A model generated the notes under the pieces. The model made no database searches, had not been told where the DNA came from, and saw nothing but the letters and a program-made list of their open reading frames with translations. A DNA stretch of 64,000 nt. Origin: Macrostomum hystrix (lineage: Eukaryota > Animalia > Platyhelminthes). Position 1 is the first letter of the stretch. Every line of letters starts with the position of its first letter. Made by a program: the position numbers and the translations under genes. The DNA is taken from contig CATNEN010000013.1 in assembly GCA_950097015.1 (NCBI GenBank), positions 186,001 to 250,000 of the forward strand, read 5' to 3'. Below, one piece after another: positions 35,872 through 47,504 of this stretch.

Positions 35872-36240
35872 GGGTCGGTGGCAGAGCGGTGAATGCGTTT
35901 GCCTCTCGCACCAAGGTCCCTAAGTTCGATTCCACGGCGAGGCCACATTTATTTGGGGCGCAGCCGCGGAGAGAAGGTTTGGGGACTTGTCGTGCAATTT
36001 ACGCTCTTGAGGGCCAACCTCCAAGGCACAGTGAAATGTACACTGCCTGACAATAAGAAAGTCAGGGCAGATGTACACACCTGTGTGAGCGTATGCCTGC
36101 GTACAGTATCAGTGTGTGTGTGTGCTCAGGAGTCAGCGAAATAGGCAGAATTGCCTCCTCGCTGGCTGCGGGTCTAGTGTCACCAAACGATGTGCCACTG
36201 CCCGCAGCCCTCCTGCAATTATTATTATTATTATTATTAC
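35872..36240 (+). mobile_element. SINE family A, full-length reference copy
   Basis: A-box-like TGGCAGAGCGG, B-box-like GTTCGATTC, conserved body, (ATT)n tail; related copies at seven other sites in the window. Confidence 0.9.
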
Positions 36241-37868
36241 AATCGATTCGAGGGATTTGCCCGCGAACATCGAGCAAGTCTCTGCAAAGTTATGGTAGAA
36301 ATTTTGGGGACTTCTGGGTCGCACCCCTCATAAAGAAAAACAGGTTTGTATAGATAACTTTTAGGTGCAAGGTGTATGTCTATGGTAGAATGGCTTATTC
36401 GCCCTATTCCACAAAACCAAGTCGATGTAATCGTGTAGAATTGTCCTAATCCATGCTCAAAATCTTATATTTAGCACCTATTAGAGAATTTCAGCTTAGA
36501 AATTAGTGCCAAATTTCATGTAAATCTCATTCTATTAGTACATCAAAAAATCCCCTCATATCTATTCTAAATCGGACCAGACCATACCAAAGCCTAATTA
36601 GGCTCCAGACGAGACTGGCAATGAGTTGGGAACAAGAATTATTCAAAAATCCCCAGTTGATATATAATATTAATCCTTTTTTGTCTTGTCTTTGAGCGAG
36701 TCACGCACAAATGTACTTTTATTTTTTGAGGCATGCTAGGCATGAGGCATGCTCGATTATTTTGTGACTAAAATCAATTAATATATTCTTGTTTTTCATT
36801 CGTTTTAATCACAAGATCTGGCATCAAAACCCTTTGGTGACTACTTCAGAGTCCAGTAGTATTTTACATGGTAGAAAACATGCGCACTCGAGTGAAATCT
36901 TAAGATTCACTCTTCATAATGAGTAGACTCAAAGTTTTTCAAATAAAAAGATGACAACATAGCAACTCATGAGAAAGTTTTTCAGTTGAGATTTTCTCAT
37001 TTAGGGCCCTGTTTACAGGGGCCACCGAAGTTTTACAACGCCGGCTCCAATATTCAGGGCAGTAAAAATAAACTGTAAAAACGGACCAACGTAGACTAAA
37101 TTTGTTGCATGGTTGAGCAGCAACTCTCATCTCTCAATTTCACAGCTTCTTTTCCTTGCCTGCTCACAGCTGCGAGACGCCTAACCCGCTGTCTTTATTG
37201 CGAATCTATTTATTTCTCTCTCATTTTATTTGAATAAACTCCAACCAGTGCATAGCAAGGGTTGCAAGGGTTGAGATAGAGAGAGAGAGACAGCATGGAG
37301 ACAATTTGGTAGCAACACTTGACTTGGCAGGCGGGCGGTAGTCTCTGGTGCCGTGCTCACCCCGCTAAATAGAGGTGGTCAGTTTGAGTGGCTACAATGT
37401 CGGGTCGTTTGAGTCCGCGCTCAGAGTTGCCGTCACAATGTAGAGCTGAAATGGTTCGAGGTCAGCCGGCCGCTATGCTAGCGAAGGTGAGACACTGAAC
37501 AGGGGCTCACAGACAGTGAAGCTTTTGTTTGGCCGACACTGTCCAATCAGAAGGCGCAGAAACTGCTGGTGAAAAGGTGAACAGAAACATAGAAGTGAAA
37601 TGCCAAAGAGAAAGTCTCTCAGGCGCCGTGCAGAGCCAGCTGGCTTCATCAAACGAGAAACTGTGTACTCAAAACCAGACTCTGCAGCAGAGATCATAAG
37701 GAATAAGATCCGGCAGCGGCTCTAGATTGGAGTCCGGAAACTGTTTTACCCGCCTGCTCCGGCTAGAAAGTGAATTCCCACGGCTTTCGACGTGATAACC
37801 GTCGGCAAACGACGGAAAGGCGTGGGCAGAGAAAGCAGCCACAGCAGCAGCAGCAGCCACAGCAGCAG

Positions 37869-38023
37869 ATGTTGCAGGTGCCGACACTACAGGAGGCGAT
37901 TGCAGTGCAGGACGCCAGGTGTCAGCGCGTCCGTTTTGACACGATGCCATCTGGAGCCTGCAAACACGGAGGCAAACACGGAGGCATAGACCTTTTGTAC
38001 AGAAGGCATTCCTGTAACACTTG
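37869..38023 (+). CDS. PDE4: PDE4 alternative first exon E
   Basis: MLQVPTLQEAIAVQDARCQRVRFDTMPSGACKHGGKHGGIDLLYRRHSCNT; donor TG|GTGAGT, phase 2; the spliced junction RRHSCNTC-FDENAG resembles vertebrate PDE4D3 RRHSWIC-FDVDNG (recalled). Confidence 0.75.
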
Positions 38024-38070
38024 GTGAGTTGCATCGCGGATCGCATCAAAGTCTTTAGAATAATTCTTAT

Positions 38071-38314
38071 GTTCATTGAAGGAGTGAAGAGAAAGGAGTT
38101 GGAGTGAGGTGGCTGTTCACTGAAAGAGTGGAGAGAAAGGGGTTGGAGTGAGGTGGCTGTTCACTGAAAGAGTGGAGAGGAAGGAGTTGGAGTGAGGTGG
38201 CTGTTCACTGAAAGAGCGGAGAGAAATGAGTTGGAGTGAGGTGGCTGGTCACTGAAAGAGTGGAGAGGAAGGAGTTGGAGTGAGGTGGCTGTGCACCAAC
38301 TCGTAGTTTTTCAA
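38071..38314 (-). repeat. Inverted copy of the 44-bp minisatellite, about 5 units, with the same head
   Basis: GGAGTTGGAGTGAGGTGGCTGTTCACTGAAAGAGTGGAGAG units ending GTGCACCAACTCGTAGTTTTTCAA. Confidence 0.92.
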
Positions 38315-39176
38315 AGTACATTAGATTATCGGTTTAACTTTAACTGACCAATTCTCTTATTCCAATGTACATTAGATTATATGTTTCGTTTCAACTGATG
38401 AATTCTCTTACCCCTATGTACATTAGATTATCTGGTTCATTTCTACTGACGAATTCTTTCGTCTGACGAACTGACGAAACAAAAATATTTTTTTAACCCC
38501 AATGTTCACCATTCGATTCTTTATCCCATTAAATAATTTAACCCTGTGTGCTTTAACTTCTTCTGACAAAAGAATTGCATAGATGAGCAATCTGAGCATA
38601 AAGTTGTTTGCATACGAGATCGTTTGCATCATATTTTCGAGGCAATCACATGATTAAAAGCTTTGAAAAAAATTTTCGTAAACGAGTGACTGCTATAGAA
38701 GTTACTTCCAGTAAAAACTATAAACTTACAATCTTACAAAGAAGAGGCAATCATTACACTGTTTCCATGGGAACAGCAGCCTTTTTTAGTATTTTTCTAG
38801 TTGATCCCAACCAACTTCCTATTCTACTAGCTCAACAATCTATAGCTTCCATTCTCATTCTCACTGCTCGCTCTTTCACGAAATCTGTTTCCTTCTCCCA
38901 ACTTTCGGTGTTACATTTCGCTGGCCTCAGCTGTAATAGTTCCTTAGTATCCCTAGAAGTCATCCCTTAACTAAGTCCGGTCCAACTGCACTCCAAACCG
39001 CGGTCGACTGCAACTTTCTCGCTGCCCAATCTTTCTCTTATAAATTTCTCCCTCTCTATTAGCCAGCCCGGGACCTGTCCTATGGCCTAGGGAGGGGGAG
39101 GTGGTGTAGAAACAGCGCTGAGTGCATTCAGACATGGCGAAATCGTGCCCCCATGTGACTCCGGCACAGCTCTCTC

Positions 39177-39185
39177 TATATAAAA
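39177..39185 (+). promoter_or_regulatory. TATA box upstream of exon F
   Basis: TATATAAAA about 105 nt before the ATG at 39291. Confidence 0.5.
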
Positions 39186-39290
39186 TGCTGCTTAAATAGC
39201 GTTGCCGTTTGTTACAGCCAGAGTAGGAAGAGAAATAGCGAGTGTGACAGCTAGCGATAGTGTGCTCAAGCCAGTTGATTTCGCCATCAA

Positions 39291-39442
39291 ATGAGAGCCG
39301 CACCGGCCAGTCAGCAGCCGAGGACACGTCGGCATCCGCAGGCGGCGGTCTACCTGCACTCACGCAGCGTGTCGGCGCCGAACGCAGGACTCGCTGGCGT
39401 ACGCGGCGGCATGCGCCTGTCTTTACTGAGCACCTTGGCCAG
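39291..39442 (+). CDS. PDE4: PDE4 alternative first exon F
   Basis: MRAAPASQQPRTRRHPQAAVYLHSRSVSAPNAGLAGVRGGMRLSLLSTLA; donor AG|GTGACC, phase 2; GC-rich island in an AT-rich context. Confidence 0.62.
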
Positions 39443-39491
39443 GTGACCACGCGAACTGTAGTATATTATAGCATTCTAGTACAAGGATTGT

Positions 39492-39900
39492 TTGGATTCC
39501 AGTTAGGATTCCCCAGAATAGTATAATGATTCCCCAGAATAATGTTAGGATTCCCCAGAATTATAATAGGATTCCCCAGAATAGTATTAGGATTCTCCAG
39601 AATAGTATTAGGATTCCCCAGAATAATGTTAGGATTCCCCAGAATAGTATTAGGATTCCCCAGAATTATATTAGGATTCCCCAGAATTATATTAGGATTC
39701 CCCAGAATTTTATTAGGATTTCCCAGAATTATATTAGAATTTCCCAGAATAGTATTAGGATTCCCCAGAATTATATTAGGATTTTCCAGAATTATATTAG
39801 GATTTCCCAGAATCATATTAGGATTTCCCAGAATCATATTAGGATTCTACAGAAAAATATTTGAAGTCCCCAGAATTATATCAGGATTCCCCAAAGTCAT
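39492..39900. repeat. 21-bp minisatellite
   Basis: Unit CCCCAGAATAGTATTAGGATT and variants. Confidence 0.94.
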
Positions 39901-40521
39901 GGTTTGTTTGTTTTCTATTTCAATTTGTTCAGCTAGCTGTCTCATCCCATCACATGAGTCCACAATTCAATCGGTAAATTGATTTACTGCTGTTTCAAAG
40001 GAAATGTTCTTTGATGAATTCACATGCAATACTGATAATTAAAAAGTGCAGTGCAAGGTTCTCAGTCACGTGACCCAATACATCTGATGCATACAGATGT
40101 ATGCCTAAGTAGTCTGCCTAAGTAATGAGTTGTAGACTTGTCACATGTCAAAGCTCGGATACAATTGAGATCTCGCATCTTTCACTAAATAATAATCAGT
40201 TTTCTAATTATAGAAGTGGGATTTTTCTCCCCCGTCACATCCGCTTGGTCACCAAGTGATAATTAATTTTCCTTCTGTAGCGTGGCGGGACCAGGCAACC
40301 ACCCCCGCTGAGACAACAGGTTGGATGCAGTGAGATTAGACTCAAATATTCGCCTATCTATGCTCAGACTGTCTATTTCTTGTTCCTCATCCCAAATTTC
40401 CTCTCTCCAATGGGCCGAGTGGCTATCCAATTAAGCACGGGGATGGCTCGGGAATGACAGCTTCTCCTTCTCGGCTCTCCAGTTCGCCCCATAATTTTTT
40501 TCAACCGAGGAAATCCATCGC

Positions 40522-40529
40522 TATAAATA
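40522..40529 (+). promoter_or_regulatory. TATA box upstream of exon G
   Basis: TATAAATA about 80 nt before the ATG at 40610. Confidence 0.5.
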
Positions 40530-40609
40530 TAAGTGGACAATCGAGAAGGCCATTGCGAGTTTCTCTGAGCACTAAAGTGAAAGTGAAAGTCGTTAAAAAC
40601 TGATTCGAT

Positions 40610-40797
40610 ATGGAGTCCGGCCGTCAGGAACTTCGACGACTGCCAACATCAGTCTCCGCACAGGCCAACGGCAGCCGGTGGACGCAGCGGCGGCACTCGC
40701 TGCTGCGGGCCAACAGCTCGGCGACGCCCCAGACTGCTGGAAGGCGCAATTTTATTCACGCCCGCCTGGTGAAGGGATTCTGGAAGAGAACTACGAG
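40610..40797 (+). CDS. PDE4: PDE4 alternative first exon G
   Basis: MESGRQELRRLP...QRRHSLLR...FWKRTT; donor AG|GTACTG, phase 2. Confidence 0.62.
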
Positions 40798-41286
40798 GTA
40801 CTGCTGGGGGATCTCAGTGTTTGTCCTCATTTTTTCCCATTGCGCGGGAAAACAAATGGAGATTCGTTAATAGCTATAGAATATTTCTCATTAGTTAATG
40901 CCAGCAGCATATGCGCTTCAAGTCCCAATGCGGCACTGGGGATATGTGGCGATGGTAAATAGCTAAAATAGAATGCGAGAGGAATCCGTGACGGAATTCA
41001 GGCCTTCTAAATTGGCCCCCCGAGGCTAATGTGGGCCGGCCTGTTGTTAACAAGCCAACAGCCAGCCGATGCCCATGCAGGGCAGGGGGCTGTTTCCAGC
41101 CCGAAAGAAAGGGAAGAGTAAGTCACTAGTTGGGCTGCTCAACTCTTCGGAGGTCCTAATAAGTTTAGACTGGGCGGGAAAAATATACCTCATTCATTCC
41201 CCATTTGACGGAACCGCATCGAGCTAACTAGCGCGCCGCTTCCGTCTATGGCAAGCAGCAGCCAATCACAGCGAATGAAGTAGATT

Positions 41287-41585
41287 GTAGCCATAGGGTT
41301 AGAGCGACGGACTCACGGAGGTTGTCGCTATAAAGGTCGGGAGTTCAAATCTTTGACTTCGCAGAAAAGTTGTGCCTTTTTAAAAAGAGAAAGTTGCTTC
41401 AGTTCACCCAGCTGTTCAATGGGTACCAGCATCATTTGGGGTAATTGAGGGGTGTGGCGTCCCCCCAGTCCATGGACTGAACAGCCGTACACAGCTTTCA
41501 GATGCACCGCGCAATAGCTGCCGCTGTGTAGAGTTGTCGGCTGCACATCTGGTCCAATTGGGGCAGGTGTAATCAGTTATTATTT
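41287..41585 (+). mobile_element. SINE family B copy
   Basis: Head, GCTTCAGTTCACCCAGCTGTTCAATGGGTACC core, GGTGTAATCA-TTATTA end. Confidence 0.8.
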
Positions 41586-41599
41586 ACTTACGGAGAGGA

Positions 41600-41926
41600 T
41601 TAGTGGCAGAGCGTTTGACTCTCCCGCCAATGTCCCTGAGCTCGATTCCGGGGTCACATTCATTTAGGGAGCAGCCGCTGAGAGAAGGTTTGAAGGCTTG
41701 TGGAATTTTCGCCCTCGTGGGCCAACCTCCAAGGCACAGTGAGAGTGTACACTGCCTGACGATGAGAAAGTCAGGCCAGATGTACACACCTGTGTGAACG
41801 TGTGCCTGCGTACGGTATCTGTGTACGTGTGTGCACAGGAGCCAGCGAAATGGGCAGAATTGCCTCCTCGCTGGCTGCGGGTCTAGTGTCACCATACGAT
41901 CAGCCATTGCCCGCAGCCCTCCTGCA

Positions 41927-41980
<54 letters not shown>
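41600..41980 (+). mobile_element. SINE family A copy with a long (ATT)n tail
   Basis: Aligns by eye with 35872-36240; about 17 ATT units. Confidence 0.9.
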
Positions 41981-41984
<4 letters not shown>

Positions 41985-43229
41985 AGGGAGCCTAAAGCCC
42001 AGAGCTTCCGACTTCTATTCGAGAGGTCGAGAGTTCGAATCTTAGCCCAAGGTAAGGATTCGAACTCTTTACCAAGGGGTCCTCCAGCAAAAAACTTTAT
42101 ATCTAATGGCTTCAGTTCCCCAAAAGTGAAATACTCGTAGTGTAGAGTTTTGGTTGAGAATGGCGGCCTTCTAGGTCCATGATTAGGTGGAATATTTATT
42201 TATCTATCTTGCTTCCGTGAAAATCGTTAGCCAATCACAATGAAGCTTCATTCCTAAGTATTTTTCTAGGGTTTTTTGTTAAAAGAGACTTCTTATGTTG
42301 GCTGAAAGAAGATGTGCAACAGTCTCATGTTATTTTCCTTTTTCGACGCTCTGAAAGAAAAATTAGCAGCAGCAGCATGGCTAATCGAGACTATTCCGCT
42401 AGTCTTGATCAATTATGAACCTCTTTGACTGCTCATTATCTTCTTGTCTGGGGAGTTAGCAGTGGTTCATTTCTCAAAAAAATGTGATCAACTCAATTTT
42501 TGTACGCATCAATAATGCACGCATGAGTTGAAAGCGGCTTTTTTGGCCTCATCGGCCGAAGCTGGGACAGGCGGCGGGTCAGTGGGATCTTGTTAAACAA
42601 TCCCAATCGCCTCGAGTCCGTGTTGAACACACCAGCCTGACACTGCTCCATCTCCGGTTGCTAGACAACAAGAAATCCTAGAAATCCTTGGAATAAGAGT
42701 TGGAGATAGCGCAGCCTGTACTCAATATGCCTGCAGTCCAATCCAGTAGGCCTATGCGGACCTCAACTTTGCCTTGGGCCTCGCCGGCAGACTTTTCTTC
42801 AGCCATTCGCCACCTCCCTAAAAGTAAATTTTCAATCGAATCTTCTTTTCGTTCCTCCTATCTCTAGCCGCTTCTTCTTTCTCTCTCTTTCTCTCTCTCT
42901 CTCTAGCTGCTTGGTTCGCGGGCCCAGTGAAGGGATGAGATTCCGGCATGTTAAGGGTGGGATGGGATGGGGGCCGCTCGCACGGACGCAGAGGGGGGGG
43001 ATGGCTTCCGTTGCGAAGAAGGGGATCTACATAATGGCACTAAATAGAGCCCGGCATGCCAGTAGCTTGTCTTATCTCTCACAATTTCCAACTCTGGCGG
43101 CAGACTGAAAGTCTCTCACAATTTCCCCACCAAGCAATCTCGACAAGAAAAATCTGGGGCAGAAGAAGTTATTTAGTTTCTAAGCGCTTAAAATTGACCA
43201 ACTCGGACACGCTGGAGCAGCGGCTGACG

Positions 43230-43534
43230 ATGCAGAGCCTTCTGGCCAGCCTGCCAGAGCATCCCGCGGACCACCCGGCGCAGCTGGAGGAGTGGACCGA
43301 GACCGAGGAGCTGCCGCCGCAGGAGGAGATTCAATACGAGACGTCCGTGATTCCTACGCCCAATGGCGACATCACCGTTACAAAGAAGATCTTGAAGCGC
43401 CGCAGGGTGCGCATCATCAAGAATATGCAGAAGGGCTTCGTGCCGGCCTCCACCGTGCCATCGTCGGCTGGCAGCGGCGGCTCCGTGCTCACCAGCAGCA
43501 CCGTGAAGGTTACGAGGACGCGCCAGATGCTCGG
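43230..43534 (+). CDS. PDE4: PDE4 alternative first exon H (upstream in-frame ATG also at 43056)
   Basis: MQSLLASLPEHPADHPAQLEEWTETEELPPQEEIQY...KKILKRRRVRIIK...TRTRQML; strong coding-like codon usage; donor GG|GTGGGT, phase 2. Confidence 0.75.
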
Positions 43535-43583
43535 GTGGGTGCGCGCGGGGCTACATTCCAGGAGGCTTGGAACCCACTAGCTT

Positions 43584-43845
43584 ATAAAAATAAAATAAAA
43601 ATAAAAATAATTGCGGGCAATGGCACATCATTTGGTGACACTAGAACCGCAGCCAGCGAGGAGGCAATTCTGCTCATTTCGCTGACTCCTGAGCACACAC
43701 GCACAGATACTGTACGCAGGCATACGCTCACACAGGCGTGTACATCCGGCCTGACTTTCTCATCGTCAGGCAGTGTACAACTTCGAGCTCAGGGACCTTG
43801 GTGCGAGAGGCAAACACGTTAACCGCTCTACCGCCGACCCCCCTA
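43584..43845 (-). mobile_element. SINE family A copy with an internal deletion
   Basis: Reverse complement of the family A head and 3' body; the middle segment is absent. Confidence 0.82.
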
Positions 43846-44295
43846 CCCCATCAGCTTTGAGATCCTTTGAATCGAAGATTTTGCGTTTTGTGTTCTTAAG
43901 ATCTGAGACTAGAAATCTGACACTTTGTGCTCTGAGATGTTTTCGCTTGCAATTTTTGGATTGCATTTTGCTATCTGTGATTTGGGATCTGGGATTTTAG
44001 GACAAAGGACCATGGAGATTTCGCGATTTTAAACTTTAGCGATTCTGCATTTCCCATTTTGCATTTAGCAAAATCACACATGTGGTTACTTGATGTGGGA
44101 TTTTGCTAATCAAAAATTTGAACGATGGAACTTCAAGGATTTGGGATTTCGGTATCTGGGAGTTCCGAATATTGATTGGATTTCTGAGGATTTGGGATTT
44201 TTTGATGATCAAAGAACTTTGAGTCTGGGAGTTTGGGATTTTGAACTATAAGGATCTCGTATCGAGATGGAATTTAGCTTCACGTAATCGGGCAA

Positions 44296-45582
44296 TGATA
44301 TCTAGGATCTGGGATTCAGCGTCATGTAATCGGGCTATAATAATCTAGGATCTGGGATTCAGCGTCATGTAATCGGGCTATAATAATCTAGGATCTGGGA
44401 TTAAGCGTCATGTAATCGGGCAATAATAATCTAGGATCTGGGATTAAGCGTCATGTAATCGGGCAATGATAATCTAGGACCTGGGATTAAGCGTCATGTA
44501 ATCGGGCTATAATAATCTAGGATCTGGGATTCAGCGTCATGTAATCGGGCTATAATAATCTAGGATCTGGGATTCAGCGTCATGTAATCGGGCTATAATA
44601 ATCTAGGATCTGGGATTCAGCGTCATGTAATCGGGCTATAATAATCTAGGATCTGGGATTCAGCGTCATGTAATCGGGCAATAATAATCTAGGATCTGGG
44701 ATTCAGCGTCATGTAATCGGGCAATGATAATCTAGGATCTGGGATTCAGCGTCATGTAATCGGGCAATAATAATCTAGGATCTGGGATTCAGCGTCATGT
44801 AATCGGGCTATAATAATCTAGGATCTGGGATTCAGCGTCATGTAATCGGGCAATGATAATCTAGGATCTGGGATTCAGCGTCATGTAATCGGGCTATAAT
44901 AATCTAGGATCTGGGATTCAGCGTCATGTAATCGGGCAATGATAATCTAGGATCTGGGATTCAGCGTCATGTAATCGGGCAATAATAATCTAGGATCTGG
45001 GATTCAGCGTCATGTAATCGGGCTATAATAATCTAGGATCTGGGATTAAGCGTCATGTAATCGGGCTATAATAATCTAGGATCTGGGATTAAGCGTCATG
45101 TAATCGGGCAATGATAATCTAGGATCTGGGATTAAGCGTCATGTAATCGGGCAATGATAATCTAGGATCTGGGATTAAGCGTCATGTAATCGGGCAATAA
45201 TAATCTAGGATCTGGGATTCAGCGTCATGTAATCGGGCTATAATAATCTAGGATCTGGGATTAAGCGTCATGTAATCGGGCTATAATAATCTAGGATCTG
45301 GGATTAAGCGTCATGTAATCGGGCAATAATAATCTAGGATCTGGGATTAAGCGTCATGTAATCGGGCAATAATAATCTAGGATCTGGGATTAAGCGTCAT
45401 GTAATCGGGCTATAAAAATCTAGGATCTGGGATTAAGCGTCATGTAATCGGGCTATAATAATCTAGGATCTGGGATTCAGCGTCATGTAATCGGGCTATA
45501 ATAATCTAGGATCTGGGATTAAGCGTCATGTAATCGGGCTATAATAATCTAGGATCTGGGATTCAGCGTCATGTAATCGGGC
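44296..45582. repeat. 43-bp minisatellite, about 30 copies
   Basis: Unit CTAGGATCTGGGATTCAGCGTCATGTAATCGGGCTATAATAAT. Confidence 0.97.
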
Positions 45583-47504
45583 CCTCATATTTAGTGCATT
45601 AATTCGCAGGATTCAAAAAGGATTAGCGTTGAACTATTGTTGTTTTTGAACTATTCATTCCTTAGGGTGGATAGGGTGGAAAAAGAACAGTACAATGATC
45701 CACTTCCAGTTTATTCACGCGATGAAAATGAATGCAAAATACTGCTTCGGCAATTTCTGTTGCACTTCGCTAGCAAACCTCTCTCCCTCTCTCTTCGCTC
45801 TCGCTCATTCTCGCACTATCTGTCTTCCATTGCCCTTCCCAGCATGTCGAACTGCCCCCCCTAGCAGTGACATTTGCGCCAACGGCTAGGTCCAGTTCTA
45901 GCTAAGAATTGGTAGGGCTACGGCCTTACTCCCTCTCCATCACTTTCGCATCCCTTATATTTTCCCTTGGTCGACAGCTGCAGCGGAACTTGGCTTTAGT
46001 GCAGTATAATATAGGGTACAGATTGGTGCCTAGCAACTGTTGCTTCATATGGCTTTTCTTTGCACTTCGCGCAGAAACTTTACTCAGGCTCTGGAGTTGT
46101 GGTACTGATTAGACCATAACTAATACTCACCTTGTTTCTGAATTACCCCTGAAACCACGCGTGTCTATGCCAGCTCTGTCTCTCGGATCTCTATGTGATC
46201 GTCCCGAGGCGGTAACTAGTAGTTGGGATTTCGCCCGTGAATCAGAATGCCTAATTGGATTTGCTGGGCGCAGCGTGCAGACATGTCCACTCTCTGCTCT
46301 GTGCCCTTAGCATGCGGAAAGGATTTCATCAATCAGACTTACGCTCGTAACAAGCCTATAAATAATGCAATCTAGGCGCAAGACAAAGGCCAGATTAGAA
46401 GGATTATCCAGTGGTTTTTGGAGTAAAATTCATTACTAGCTCGTATAATGACATTCCTGCCATGCACCGCTTCTCTGGTACATTATAATGTCACACAATC
46501 ATACCTTCAGGAATTCCACCTCAGCATTCTAATTGGTTAAGACACGAAAATTTATTTCTCTGTTCTACCGCTGCTGACGCCCACCCCATGCGAGGCATTC
46601 TGATTGGCTAGGACCAATAGCATTCATTTTTTCCACTTTCAATAACACCAAACGCCAAGTGCACTGATTGCCCAAAGCTCGACGCTTAAACAAATATTCT
46701 ACCGCTTCTCGCACCCAACCCCATGCGAGGCGTTCTGATTGGCTAGAACTCAATGGTTAGATAATTATTTTATAACCCTATCGATCGTCAACCTTGCGTC
46801 AGTCATTATAATTGGCTAAGACTCGACAGGTAAAAACATCTTATTTTGCTCCAGTATTTTAGAAGTTTTAATTGGTTAGAACTCAAGTGTTAAAATTTTC
46901 CTTCTGACCCATTGGACGCCCACCTCACTCTACTTTGATCTCTTCTCTTTCCTTCTCCTCGATAAGGTTTAATGGCCAGGATGAAAATTTCTAAACTCAC
47001 TATCCCTTGGCATCGACTTCACGCCTCAGTCCAATCAGCTTCATTGGCGCATTCGCACATAGTCACGTGATGCAAAACAGACATTGAATTCCACTGGCTT
47101 TTTTAGGCCCAAAATTAGCTTGAATAAAACTCTGCCAAAAACTTGGCTGTCAACTGCAGCGACTCTCCTTTCGGCAATCGGCAGAAAAGGCTTGGCACAG
47201 GCCGCCTTTGATTGCCGCCTCATCAATTGGCTGCCACCGGGCCCTTGCATTTGCATAATCAAATGCGGGCATGCACCGGACCGACAAAGTTGAATATATA
47301 TTGAGTTTCAGGCCGGCCCAGGTCTGGCCAAATGGCGGCTAATTGCTGACAGGAATCCCTCCAAAGGCACTTTGACTAGCTGTCTTCATCTGCATTCGAT
47401 TGCTCATTAGCAAAATCCTACTCATCGGTTCTACTGGTTTATTGGGTTTTTTAAATGCGGGTTAATGGAGGTCAGCTTATTTATAAACAGGTTAGGACAG
47501 CTCG

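Noticed and set aside
44296-45582. 43-bp array as a CRISPR array
   Set aside because: Variation is limited to a few SNP positions; there is no repeat-spacer alternation.
46312-46346. Tiny ATG-to-GT phase-2 segment (MRKGFHQSDLR)
   Set aside because: Weak donor (TC|GTAACA) and a length expected by chance; not counted as a first exon.
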